Assembly: GCA_053919585.1 (NCBI GenBank)
Contig: CM132796.1
DNA: 64,000 nt
Source of the DNA: Euprymna scolopes
Lineage: Eukaryota
Reading direction: 5' to 3' (one strand)
Shown piece after piece: positions 14,476 to 28,353 of this stretch; the stretch's first letter is position 1, and each line of letters starts with the position of its first letter. Below the pieces are notes generated by a model, which saw only the letters and a list, made by a program, of their open reading frames with translations, searched no databases and was not told the origin of the DNA. The translations under genes and the position numbers were made by a program.

Positions 14476-16050
14476 ATGAGTCGGAAACGAACCATTTCTA
14501 CACCAGCTGAAAGATTTGAACCGGAACAAGACTATAAGAGTATGTACAGCCTGTGGAAAATTCCTCGTCCCGCCATTCAACTCATCAGCGGTGATGTCTC
14601 ATCAAATTTAGGTGCAAGTCTTGATAATGCATTTCCATGCAGGCTGATTACCTTCAAAACCTGAATATAGCTTTGAAAAATATTTTCTTTGGATAAATTG
14701 AAAATTTATAGAGATAACGAAAGAGCAAAATAATGCCTATCAAAAATATAACGAAAAAATTAGAAACCTTGTCTCTATTGGTGTTGATGGGAAACACAAC
14801 AAAGTCCATTTTATTAGGAAATTGTTGATGAAAAGGGAAATAAAAATCGAAGAAAAGCAAAAAGACAAGAGAACCACTTGAAATTTACAAGGGAGATCGC
14901 ATGTGCATGTAAGGGGGAGTATCTTGCACATAGATAGATCCCTACTCATGGAGCAACTAGTGCTCCTCTGGCAGATGAAGCATTTAAATCTAGAACGGCA
15001 TGAAAGCGTTTATACATAAACCGCTGCTCTTTTAGACAATACAAGCTTGGAAAATGATGTGCAAAGATACACCATAATTTGTCTCAAGTGAACTTTTTAC
15101 CAGTAAGTAGTCATCTAGAGAGCAGTTACTCTACACTAACAGAAAACAACGATCAAACTGGATACAAAAGATTACTTTTAGAGTGTGCTATTGGGATATC
15201 AAGGGGTGAACTAATTCCTCAATGTGTAGCGTGGAGGATCGAACCTTTGAATAAGGCAAGATGTCTAAATCCGGCAATCAGATTAATATGTTTATGGACT
15301 CGAAAATTGCCTCCATCAGAACTCACCATTAAATGCACAAACTTGTTAGCTTCATTTAGAAGTTTATGCAGTTAACTCGTTTGAAATTAAACTAGACAAT
15401 AAATTCAATAGCCAGCAACTATATATTTTTCAAATGATTGAACAAATAAAAGAAGCAGAATCTAGAAATTCCGGAAATCTTCGATATAATTCTTTTGCAC
15501 TTTTGCCTGTAAATGTTCTGCTTTCCATGTTAACATCAGATTACATTGAAGTAAAAAGAGAAGCTATGAAAATAATTTTAACAATATGGTAAGTAAACAT
15601 TTCTTTTCGATGATTTATATGTAGAACTCTTAATTAGTATTTTCATAAAAATTGTGTTCATTTGTCAATAAAATAATTTGATTTCACCTTTTTTTCAGGA
15701 GTGGTAAACCAGTGAAAAAGCGTTTTACTAAATGTCAATAATAAATTATGAAGCTTTATATTGGTCACATTTGATAGACCTTTTCTTAAAATGGGGCGTT
15801 AGAGCCAGCATTGACTTATGAATTATAATATGATTGATTCCACCATTAATGATAAGCGCAGAAAAGCCAAATTTACCTGATTTTCCTGAACATTCACAAA
15901 ATGTCGAAAGAGTCATGAAATAAACATGCGAAGCCTAGGTATCAGTCTTGACACTTGTAGCAAGGCATTGGCATATAATTGCTAAAATTTTACGCCACGA
16001 AATGAGGCCATTTTTGGCTTCAAATAGGTATTATAGTATGTTAGAAAAAC
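14476..16050 (+). mobile_element. hAT-superfamily (hATm/hATx-like) transposase relic containing an intron
   Basis: ORF 15079 ...DQTGYKRLLLECAIGISRG...PLNKARCLNPAIRLICLW (cf. P..HARWLT.A.R). FALLPVNVLLSMLTSD at ~15494 (cf. FAHPENILL.M..D). FPEHSQNVERVMK at ~15882 (cf. FP.HTQ.VER.VK). Subfamily assignment is from memory of motifs; termini not found. Confidence 0.65.
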
Positions 16051-17199
16051 ATTTTTTTGTACTTGGCAATTTTGTATTAAATACAACCAGAGACAACATA
16101 CTTGAGAAAGGTAAACAATGTTTTTGTTTATATAAAAAGTGTTTTTCCAAACAGAATTAAAACATTTCTTGTTTAATCGACAGTAAAAGGAATTGACTAT
16201 TTTTATTATCTGTTACAGTTATCAGGCATAAAGTACAATGCGGTATTTAAAAATATATCGGGAGGGATTATAAATTTTGGAATTTTTACCATATCAGTAA
16301 TTATATAGTTCAGTTTTAAAAACAAACACAACCCTTATTATAATTTAAACTGTAAAATACTAAAGAATGCAATATAAATCTTTTAAGAATAAGGGCGTTT
16401 CCGAGTCTCAAGTAGACGAACTTTAAAATCAAATACTGGTATACAGGCTCGTGTTAGAAACCTAGTTATTTATATTCGATTTTTATATGTTATAAAGTTG
16501 CGATTAAAAAAAATATTACACCCATATGATTTGGACGCATTAGGTTGAATCGAAATTGAAACAAAAAACTTATGAATATATATGTATATATACATGTATA
16601 TATATATATATAGTTATATATATATATATATATATATATGTTTATATAGTTATATTTGTACGGTTTACGAAAATATGTATCTGCGCGTGCAGTCGTATTT
16701 AATGTACTTAAAATGCTAAATCATATGAACACATAATATTTAATGTACTTAAAACTCCTAAATAATATGAACAAATGAGAATAAGAGTAAGATTTGCCTA
16801 ATCGAACCGAAACCAAAACTTATGAAGAATACTTGAAAAAATTATTTATAAAAAATAGATGATTAAAATGACATCAGCTATAGTCGAAATCGAAATCAAA
16901 CCTCATGAATAATTCTTGGTAAAATTATTCATGACAAGAAATAGAAGAACTTAACAATTAAACAACGCGGATATAAGCGTGACACACAAAAGAACTGACA
17001 CACTATCATATTAGTATATAAAAGATAATCGCTTTGTTTTCTCAAATAGGTCATTGTTGTACATGTTTACATTGTTCGTCTTGTGCCTATAATAATTAAG
17101 ACATCGTATGCTTGTATTTAGAATTTTACAGTGTGAAAACAGAATTCTTTGTTGCGTGGACATAGAATGTAAAGGTCAGCCTAGAACGTCGGTAGTAAA

Positions 17200-17820
17200 G
17201 ATCAGTTAATGAAAGAAAACATGAAACATTTGAACCAAATTGTTATCCAAGACAGTTCAATAAATTCTTGGTACAGATTAAAAGATAAGTAAAAGTTAAA
17301 TATAAAGTTCAAATTCTTTGGTAGCGGAAATGCCACCGGAGGAAGAAACAAGTTGAACATATACAAAAAGAATGTAAAAAAGAGAAACTAGACAAGACAG
17401 AAGAAGATAGCGGACAAACTATGACCAATCGCTACGTGAATTATATCTTCTCAGACGTTGGATTAAATTTTCTGATCATTCAATCCTACATCCATGTCTA
17501 GTTGCAAATAAGAGAAAATGTCAAGGTTTGACCAATTCAATGCGCAGAAAGGAAAACCAAACACGTTAAAATATAGGAGTGTACAAGTGCAAAGAAAAAG
17601 AAACGGTAAGAAACATGCCTACAACAGGACACTCATATCTACCAATATATTTTTAATACGATATAGAATGACAGGTTGATAGACAGTCTCTGAACAAGGC
17701 ATAGTAACTGTCCGTTTCTTTTTCAGCAAATAAGAAATTCTATTTGTTTTTCTGTGCACATAATTATATTAAGCATCGTTGTATATATGCCAGGGGTTTA
17801 TGTGGACACTAACACGTAAC
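17200..17820 (+). mobile_element. Possible piggyBac transposase C-terminal relic
   Basis: DSSINSW (cf. D.A.INAW) at ~17251 and a KRKCQ...NQT...CT Cys-rich remnant at ~17509. Very degenerate. Confidence 0.3.
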
Positions 17821-20489
17821 TGTTTCATATATACGCATATATTTACTGTTTTCTCCATTTATTATATTTTGCACTATTGTAATATTGGTGTGATAAAATT
17901 ATATGCGTAGTTAGTGTACTCTTATCGACCTAGTAAACATAACAGAGTAGAATCCTGGTATGAGACATTAAAAATAATGAAAACATGAAGTGCAGTATAT
18001 AATACCCATGTATACAATAAAATTACATTAAAAAACCCTAAGGAAAGGCAAATACTATAACCATAGTTCAGAAAAATACATATTATTGGTATTTACGACT
18101 AGAACGAAAAATAGGTTTAAAGATCTTAATATCCGTACTCGATTTTACCGCTAGGACCCGCGGTTAGTGTATTTGGAATAAACTCATTTGTAAAAACCTG
18201 ATATTTTCCTTGAAGTTGAAGGATCAATCCTTAGTGTGGGCGACCGAAAAATACAACTGAGAATTACTTAGGACCTCTATCCAGTTATAGCTGACGGAAC
18301 CAGAGAGCACTGCCCCAATGAATAAATAACGGTATCCGCTCGAATTTCTTTCTAAATTCCAGATTTTAAAGAACCAGGCCCGGATTTCCCAAGATACACT
18401 TGAAGAAACTATAAGGTTATATCGACTGAACAGTTGTAAAAATCACTCAAGATCGGACGAATCCAATTAATACGAATAACTAATCCCCATCTCAGAATTT
18501 AGAAATGTTATGATGATTTTTATTTAGAACCAATTGAGAAAAGGATACCAGAAACTTTAAAAAATATATATACAACGTTGATAATTAGTATTATACTATA
18601 TAATATTTGAAAATATGTTTGATTATACTACATAATATTTCCAAAGGTGTTTGGTTTAGTGAGACTGGTAGTTTCTTTTCTCTAGCCGAAAAACGACGAT
18701 CGACAATGGTCAAGTGAATGCAAAACTTGGCCTAGGATCGACGTTTCTCAGCAAGACACATCGAAAACACTCACTCAAATATTAAAAAAAAAATCGAGCT
18801 TAATCTAACTACGTTGGCAACCAAATATATCTGTTGAATTTAGATTTGCAATTTGTTGTTTTGGTGTTATGTTAGATATTGCCTAGTGTTGGTAAAATCT
18901 AACAAGTTATCACATCCTGCTTCGTCGCCTATATAAATTTTTGAAGTTCTGTTGAATGTTTCTGTATATTGTAGTTTCAATTGTCAAGTTGCATGAGTAG
19001 CAGATCAAGAGTATGCACATGAGACCCATTCCCTATTATAAATCAATATTTCTGAGTTCTTTCTATTTTTCTCTCTTCAAATATATTCATTTATAATCCT
19101 TATTTGCATAAAATGTCTCTCTATTAATTCATCGAAATATATTTCTTTCTGTTTGTATTTTCTGTAGTTAATTCAAAGTAAAGTGCGTTTTTTTCTCTAA
19201 TTAGTCCATAACTTTCATATATTATGCTTATATCTTTATGTTTACAAACTTGTATTCAACGTAATATTATCTTTCTTTAGCATTCAGATTTTCTAGCAAT
19301 GCTTATTTTAGGAATTTAGACTTTGCCAAGGAATGATCTAAATCGATGTTTTTTTTTTCACTTATTGTTGTATACACTGTAAGAGGTTTACTTCATTTTA
19401 ATTCTAGCTATAATTAAATTTACATCATGTATACAATGGTGGGTACTTATTTATATTAACACATATGTAACGTTAATTTTCCTAATATTGTATAAATATA
19501 TTGAATATGATAAACCTCGTAGTAAAGCAGAATACATGACTGATTGTATATGTTACAAGGATGTAGTTTCTCTTCATCGCTGCGGTATTAGTAGTCTGAA
19601 GATAACTGTTTTAACACGTGTTATCATAAGACACTACAATATAGAATATATATATTCAGTAGATACCCCAATTATGTAAACCCTTTTTTATAGCAATTCA
19701 CACAGTTCACAATATTTGTCGTCGATCAGTTGTTGTAATAGTGTAAAACCATCAAAATCTAACGCATAATGGGTAAGCTTTTGTTGCAATGGACCAACAT
19801 TGAAATACAATATTTGCCGTGTATGTGTATGGGTTGTATTTTTTCCTATTTGTAAAGAGCAATATCTACATATTACCGAATAGCAGTCTATCAGTTAATG
19901 CATAGCTAATACGGGAATATTAAGTAATGCTCTATTTTGTTTTATTATTATGCTTTTGTATAGACTATTTCGCCATGCATATTTAATTTAATCTAAATAT
20001 ATTTTTTTAAATCAAATTGTAGAATATTGTTTACCACATCACCGCTTATTCATGTATACCAATGCTGAACGTGTTTAAAGCTGCAAATAGGTATGCCATT
20101 TTGATTAAATATTTTAACTACATTACATCAGCAGACAAGAGAATGAAGTCATTTGAAATCAACAGCGACCAGAATTAACCTCTATTCACCGATGGATGTT
20201 TTATGCTAAGTTATAAATAGTTAATATATTTGTATTTTAGTAGATAATAACAAACACGCAAACCACGATGAACTACCGTGGTGCCTCCATGTGATATATT
20301 TATCAAGAATAAAGTATACATAAGCTATAGATACCGCAGCACGTACATACCGATAAAACGTATATTTTTAATAGTGCACCCACTGAGCTATTTTATCAAT
20401 CGATGGCAGACTTTGTTCCTTTTTTTGTTTACGTCCTTTATGTTTCAGTATATGCAAACAAATTGTTTGTCACTATTTACGATGAATAG

Positions 20490-21385
20490 AAGAACAGGGA
20501 CAACTAAGTGGTAAAGGCAGTGCACTGGGAATTATGCAAACAACTTCATCCCGAACGCCCGGACAAATAGTACATGCATAAGCCGGAAACAGTAATTGAA
20601 AACGAGAATGGCAAAATTCATTTGGACATAGACATAAAACAGAAAACCGCATCCAAACAAGAAGACCGTATGCCGTAATAATTAACAAGAAAGAAAAGTT
20701 CTGCAAAATGTTGAATTTGCTGTTCCAGCTGATCAAAGAAACGGAGCAAATATACAGAGCTAGTCAAAGAGATAGAATGGGTTATGGATGAAGAAACAAA
20801 TCAAGATAGCCCCTACATTACTAGTAACACTAGGAAGTATTCTGATAATTTTAAATGGTGGAAATAGGAATCTGCGTACTGGCTTGAAATATACAACGAA
20901 TAACAGTAATAAAATCAGCAGAAATATTAAGTAAAGCACTTGAATTCGGAAACTAATACACGAGAAACACATTGACATGCCAGACACACTAATGCAGAGA
21001 CAAACCACGAAGAAGCGCCGCATAAAACCGAGAAAATAGAAGCTGCATATCTATAAGTTCGCAATCGACTTGCCAACCCCACCCCAAGAAGACAGCACTG
21101 CCAATCCATCCTGTGGACAAGTGTGAAGAAAGCTGTGACCTTGGGGAGGTTTACCACCACTCAAATTCCAGTGGAGACAAATGACCGCTTCCAGCGTGAA
21201 ATCAATGGGGAGTGGCTGTGGCAAGAACGCTAAATCATTTGCAAATGTTTCGAAAGAGGTAGATACAATTGGAAATCAAAGGAGACTTGTTGTATCTCAG
21301 CTTTCAGGGAACACCACATAGTGTCGTTAGGGAGATATATTTCATGAGTTTTGTGAAACTCATATTGAACAACAACAACAAAAAC

Positions 21386-21439
<54 letters not shown>

Positions 21440-21440
21440 T
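20490..21440 (+). mobile_element. Second R4/Dong-like RLE retrotransposon 3' relic ending in (AAC)(AAT)n, apparently interrupted by foreign sequence at ~20780-21230
   Basis: VKAVHWELCKQ...YMHKPETVIENENGKI...TRRP...VEFAVPAD...KYTELVKEI (20509-20778). QLEIKG...GT...VREI resumes at ~21267. Trinucleotide tail at 21368-21439. Confidence 0.75.
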
Positions 21441-24439
21441 AAAAGCAAAAGAAGAAATATTATTTAGAAAAATAATATTTATAATGTGGACACAACACTC
21501 TAGTTTAGTTTCACTCGTTTATCTTTCAGGGATCAATTGAAATACTGAGTTGGTGTAGTGATTAGATTTCTGTTCTATTATATGTTAGGGTTAGATATGT
21601 CTTGTTTTGTTGAATTCTGTTAAGATATAGCAGTTGTGCGTCAATTGCAGTCGCATACAACCGTAAAACCGTTCTACTTTCTGTAAAATCTATCGCTTTA
21701 TAAAATGTCTCATTTTCTCATTTCCAGGAATATTATCTGGCCATACAATTCTACTACCAGATCATGTATGGAATACTGATGGTATATTTGAGCAAGTTCA
21801 TATTTGTTCCATTTAATTTGTAGCGCCCCATCTTTATTTTATTGGCCACGCACTATCTTATCTGTTTACACTCTTATTTTCATCTCACTCTCTTTCTCTC
21901 TCTTTTCTATCTATCCCCCTCTCTTTATCTCGCAGACGTTTTTGCAACTTTCATTATGTCTTCACATACTATTATAGAATGCATTCCTCAGGAAGTTCTG
22001 ATCTGTTCTCACCTTTCTTTGATTCCTTGGTTTTGAAGTCTCCATCAATTCACCGAGTTTATACCTTATTGTAAAAAATATTTCTCGTTTAAAATACTGG
22101 AAGATAGAAACACTCTCTACTTGTTTACTGTTTTCAATCTGACTACATCCTTTGCCTTAAGAAGAATAAGTAGTTTAGCATGTACTCGCAATAATCAGCA
22201 TCCGTGTTTGTAAGATCCTGATATCATGTGACCTTATTCCTTGCTTCAAGTAATTTCCATTAAATGTATGCAAGCTTATTTCAAACAAAATCAGAACCTG
22301 ATTTTTCATATTATTTAAAACAACAATCATTTTATACATTTGTCAATCAATAATTTTCTATTAATTTAACCGAGCCAAACAATAACTGAACTTTTCTCCT
22401 TCATCCTCATCTAAAACATTCTCAACAAACATTATTTTAGTTAAAATATTACACTATCTCTACCTCCAAAATAAACGAAAAATTGAATTTCATATATGCG
22501 TTACAAAACAAAACACAATTGCGTGATCTCTTCCAATTGTTGGAGTTAACGCTCCTTTATTTTCTATTATTGTTAGTGTGTTTTTCTTGGTAAGTTAATA
22601 TCTATATAGAGTTTGAAAAAAACCGAGATTAGAATTGCATGAATGATTGTACGTTAAATAACAGTTGCTATCAAGTGTTTAACCTTCCAACATAAGTATA
22701 TACTTAGACGGTAATCTGGTCAACATCTTGNNNNNNNNNNNNNNNNNNNNNNNNNNNNNNNNNNNNNNNNNNNNNNNNNNNNNNNNNNNNNNNNNNNNNN
22801 NNNNNNNNNNNNNNNNNNNNNNNNNNNNNNNNNNNNNNNNNNNNNNNNNNNNNNNNNNNNNNNNNNNNNNNNNNNNNAGGGAAACCTCTCCACCTATCAT
22901 TTAATCAAAAACCGAGCACTTGATCTAAATTGAATGTACCTGGTTTACCAATCTTTCCCTCATTCGATACTATTTTTATATCTCTATAATTATACGTGTT
23001 CATATGTGCCCCTTCATTGAAGTATCTAAGTGTTCTCGTTAAGTCATAAAAAAATAACTTCAAATCTAGAATGCAAAAAAATCTCCGCACAATCAATTAT
23101 TGTAAATCAAAGTAGCTTTTCAAAAGATATGAAACACAAGTACAGTAGGAACACAATAGACGTTTTATTATTAAGTAGTATAGCCCTTCTGAAACTTGAC
23201 AGTCAGCAAATCAACGACCATTTACTTTAATTATTTTGCGGCAATATCCCAGGAAAAGGGCATCCAAGGTCTGCAAATTCTTCCAGATTTTATATTTTAT
23301 CATTACGTTACTGTTACTCTATGTAATGCCATACGTTTTCGATATGATAAAAGTCTGCAGATTATGCAGGTTAATCTAAATACGGAGTGACATGATTTTT
23401 AAGGAATATATTGACGTAGGCAGCTTTGTAAATGGGGAGCATTATCCTATATTTATCCAGGATTACTATCAAAATTCAGGCAAAAGTAGCTAAAAATGTT
23501 CAGTAAACATATTAGTGTCGTTGGTCAAATCAGAAGTCCCTTGCAACCGACACGTAGGCCTTGGGTTATTGACACTAATTACACCTCAAACCAAAACTCA
23601 ATCCCCACACCATTAAACCGTTCAAATTCTACACCTAGGATTAAACTCCCCGGCGTTTCCTCGACCAATGTAATTCATACTATAACTGCATATCCTATTG
23701 AAAGTACGTTTGTCGCTAACATCTCACTTTCGATCAATATGAAGAGTAATATAATGTGTTGCTTATGTTTAAGACAACCGCGCTTTCTGTTCCTTACGGA
23801 AATCGGTGGCTTACGACTTGGAACACAGCTTGATAAATAAAATTGCTTAAATATTTTCGTTTCTGTAGAAAGCAAGCTCTTTCAAAAAAAGAAATATTAC
23901 ACTGCTTTGGGATATAAGGGGGGTGTTTCAAATTGGTTTCTAATGCTTCGGACATTACTATCGTAGTATTTCCTGTAAGAATTAACTCAAGGTTCACCAA
24001 GTTTACGCGGGATCCCAAACACTTGGTGCGATTCATACCGCTTTCTCATCACAATTAAATCAGTGGTCGATGTCTTGATTGGATGAACCATAAATGGGAG
24101 GATTATCGAAGTCCTTACAGTCACCAAGAGTGGTTCGGGGTTTGTGGACAAAATGTTACGTCGTATAACGTAGAAACAACATCAATTATGATTAGAGATG
24201 ATAAAAGCTGTATCTTTTAAACTTAAAGATGCCAAAAGTAAGATGATTTTAGCTGATTATTAGCTTAGTGTAACAAGGGAGTTTCTTTTTTATCTTCTCA
24301 GTTCAAAGCTGCCTTTTTTATATTGACGGAAACACTTAGATATTCCATTAAAATTCAAATATAAACTTGATATCTTGTTTCTAGTCTAGGGCATTGAATA
24401 GCGTTCTCCCATTCCCGACACATCCAACCACTCATAACT

Positions 24440-25857
24440 GGGCACTTGGGTGTGCGTGAGTACCACCCACGTCTGTGCAATTTTATTGGGGTGATCTTCT
24501 TCTGATGGGCTGAGGGTACCGGATTGACAGTTCCTGACTGCTGTTTTCGACTGGTAGTGCAGGTACCCTTACTCTTTGGTAGCGCTTAGAGCGGCTGCTC
24601 CATCAAAAATTGTATAATATCGGGATGTTTGCAGTGCAATGTCGCGCATGGAAAGTGAGACTGCACTCATCCCCGATGGACTTTACCGAGGTCACAGTCT
24701 TAGTTTAAGAAAGGTTAGCAAATAGTGTACTTGTGTTGCCTGTCTGATACCCTGCATAAACTCTTGTTCAGCTCCCCCTAACATAAGTGAAACTCTTTAC
24801 AACATGATGGCAGTACAAACAAAACATAAGCTTAAACCAGGCCTTGGGACAAACAAATCAACTCACCTCCTCCCTTGATGCTTTCATTCACTAACATCCG
24901 TGGGCTTAGAACTAATTTAGCTGATGGTGACGCATTTCTCCTAACAAATACGCCGGATATTCTAGCACTAAGCGAGACAAACCTACACTCCTCCATCCCT
25001 TCTAACTACATTAACATGTCTGGCTATCTCCCACTCTGCCGTAAGGACTCTGACAGACATATATAGGGACTTGCAGTCTACATTCGAACCCCCCTGTCCC
25101 TGACTAGAGGAAAAAAACCTAGAAACGGACGATCAAGCCTTTATGTGCTTTAGACTAAACATACACCACAACATTAGCTACTTTTATTTTCTCTACCGCT
25201 CTCACTCGACCCATGACTGCACCATAATAAACAAAGTCTCTGACAGCATAGACACAGCACTCTCCCTTGACAGTAGCGCACGGGTACATGTATTTGGTGA
25301 CTTTAATGCTCACCACAAAAACTGGCTTGGATTCTCTACTCAAACAGATCCAGTGGGCAGCACAACACATAGTTTTGATATATCTCACTCCCTATCAAAA
25401 ATGGTAACGTTTACAACCCGTTTACCTGACCAGCAAGAACAACAAGCATCACTTCTAGATCTGTTTCTGACTACAGTTTCCGAGGATTGAACACAAATGC
25501 TGACAGTCTACTCGGGAACGCCGACCATGCAGTGATAAGTAGAAATCGCCCTAAATTCTAGACCCCAAACTGAAGAGCCAGCGCTCAAAACAACGAGATA
25601 TTATAAAAAGGCTGACTGGGAAGCCATCAGAGATCCCCATGAGGAAATATTTTTTCTGTTCCTGCTGAAACCTGCGCAAATGAGCCAACTGAATGGTTCA
25701 AAACAGCAATGTTCCCATATAGAAATTTTATAGCAATCCCCACTCTCCCCAATGGTTTACTTCGACTTGCGCAACTGCCATTGCTCAAAGGTAGAATTAA
25801 TACCGCAGATTTAACCGACATAAGTCCAGTTCAAACAAATAGAAGTATTGTTAAGGA

Positions 25858-25906
<49 letters not shown>

Positions 25907-28327
25907 TTATGGTGTAGACACGTTGACTGGAAGTTAAGATCAGCTGATTGGATTGCGTGCAAGTCATGTGATCAGGTTAGCTTAATCGTTGAGATTTGAT
26001 TTGGACTCAGAAATCAACGGCTTCCCGTTGTCTCCTCCACTTCACTGGGAGCGTGACGAACGCTAACGTGTGTAGAAGAAGAACCCACACAGGCCGATTT
26101 CACTTTCCACCTTCTGCAGGACATCTGGGAAAAGTGAAATAAACTATATAACTAATTCCTTGTCTTGGAGTGATTGAATTTTAATCCAAAAACAGGTATC
26201 AAGTCTCCCTTCAGGACGAGAAATTCAAGATGGTCCAACATCGAAGAAGCAGAGGCAGGTTCCGAAAATACATGTCACTCACACACGATTCCCTTTATAA
26301 TACAACATAAATATATAATATAACACGTCATCTGTTCTAATCCATTATTAGAGATGACCCAACAAACACTCAACCCTTTATTATAGAGCAACAACGTAAC
26401 AGTATATAGAAGCTAGAAGAACGTTAAGAAAGAAATAGCAACAGCTAAGAGAGAATTTCATGAAACCACTAAAAAACGCATCGAATCACAAAAATTAGGT
26501 AATCGTGACTTCTGGAAAATCTACAACAGTGTAGTAAATAATGGGCAATCAACAATTCCCCCGATAACCAACAATCACGAGGTTGTTTTCTCAGCAACCG
26601 ACAAAGTTAATATGCTTGCCAGTCGGTTTGCCTCAAACTCCGCACTGCACCCTACCAACCACCCCCTGCCTGATTTTCCTTTGCGAACAGACACCACGCT
26701 AGACGATCTAAAAATCACCCCTGCTCAGGTACACGCTATGATAAAAAAAAACCCTTCACACTTCAAAAGCATGTGGACCTGATCTCATCCCAGCTGTGCT
26801 ATTAAAAAAGTGCTCAGCCGAAGTAACCCCAGTTCTTTCCAACCTCTACAGCACATGACTTAATGGATCATGCTTTCTGGGCTGTTGGAAAACTGCTTCT
26901 GCAGTTCCAATATTCAAGAATTCTGGCGAAAGAACTAACCCATCAAATTATCACCCCATTAGCTTCCTCCCACTTTTCGCCAAAATATTTGAGGCCATAA
27001 TTAACCATGCTCTAGTCCGGCACCTTACAGATGCTAAACTTCTGACTGACAAGCGATATGGATTTAGACACGCCCGTTCCACAGCTGACATCCTCACTGT
27101 AATCTCTGAACGCATATATACCATTCACTGGACAAAGCGGGGGAGGGCAGAGCGGTAGCTCTAGATATATCTAAGGCTTTTGACAGGGTATGACACAAGG
27201 GTCTCCTCAGGAAAATTAAATCATACGGTATCACTGGTAGAATACTTAACATATATAAATCCTTCTTAGATAAGAGAAAATCCAGGTTGTCCTCGACGGT
27301 CGTACATCTAAACAGTGTTCTATAAATGCGGGAGTGCCTCAGGGGTCTATCCTTGGACCTCTATTGTTCCTAATATTTATTAATGACCTCCCCGACAAAA
27401 CTGCCTCTGAGATGGGTATATATGCTGATGACACTACACTCTACAACAGGCATGACAGGGAAACGAATGAACTAAAGAAATGGCAAAAACACTAGAGGAT
27501 GACCCCAATCTGTAGTGGAATGGCGGCATAAATTGATGGTCACATTTAATCCTGCCAAGACTAAACTGGGTTCCTTCAATAATTACAAGAAACCTTCTCT
27601 GCCCCCAATAGCAATGGTCAGTGACTCCCTGTCTGAGAGTAGATCTTTCAAACTGCTTGGCCTAACGTTCATAGGAAACATGAGTTGGAACAATTAGATT
27701 GAAAACATTGCCAGGGTCGTTGCGAAAAATGTAGGCTCTCTCTACCGTGCTAGAAAACTACTGACACCTAAAAGTATCCTGCACGTCTGTAAGGCCACCA
27801 TTCGGCCATGTATGGAGTATTGTTGTCACATTTGAGGTGGTACATCTGCTACTAATCTCTCGCTCCTAGAGTAGGTTAAAAAAAGAGTCACCAATCGGAT
27901 AGGTCCTGAACTGGCATCTAAGCTTCATCCTCTGTCCAATCGACGAAACGTTGCATCCTTCTGCCTGTTCTACAAGTATTTTAATGGCGAATGCCTGACG
28001 AACTGCAGACACTTGTGCTCCCACGACGTGGACACCCTCGACAAACCCGACAGGCAGCTAAATCCCACCCCCACACAGTAGAGATCCTTAGATGTAAAAA
28101 TATTTCTACTCCAGTAGTTTCTTCCCCAGAACAGCTAGACTCTGGAGTTTCATTCCAAGTTCCAGCTTCCTCAACTGTACTTACATTCAGAAGTTTAAGT
28201 GCAACGTGAACGAACATCTTGCTGCCCAAATCCCAACATAAGTCCCCAGTAGTGTCTGCTCCCGATAGTAGCCCCCTACACCAAGGTAGCAATGGGCATT
28301 GTTTGGGGTGAAAAAGTAATTAAAAAA
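24440..28327 (+). mobile_element. Near full-length CR1-clade (Zenon-like, ORF1-less) LINE: structured 5' leader, APE-RT ORF2 with stops and frameshifts, short 3' UTR and A-rich end
   Basis: ATG at 24804. APE motifs LSFTNIRGLRTN, DILALSET, GDFNAHH and LLDLFLT. RT motifs ALDISKAFD (~27157), GVPQGSILGP (~27331) and YADD (27421). A-rich end at ~28327. No ORF1 between leader and ORF2. The 5' boundary is approximate. Confidence 0.93.
25849..26401. mobile_element. Solo LTR (553 bp, probably Ty3/Gypsy) inserted in the CR1 LINE
   Basis: Termini TGTTAAG...CGTAACA. 4-bp target duplication GTAT at 25845-25848 and 26402-26405. The other CR1 copy (~3455-3470) shows the uninterrupted site. Confidence 0.88.
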
Positions 28328-28353
28328 TATGCCTATTATGTATACATACACAA

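Noticed and set aside
16540-17020. Repeated aatcgaa...aaac(t/c)tatgaa motifs and a possible Helitron-like 3' end (...ttagt)
   Set aside because: The local repeats are real, but the diagnostic hairpin and CTAG end are not intact.
19590-19640. CTGAAGA followed by a gataac/gttatc stem
   Set aside because: No GAAA or stem III, so not a hammerhead.
23500-24120. Possible decayed gag-like sequence on the minus strand
   Set aside because: Only vague motif similarity (PPIYG...DID; PTCR); no supporting LTR or pol.
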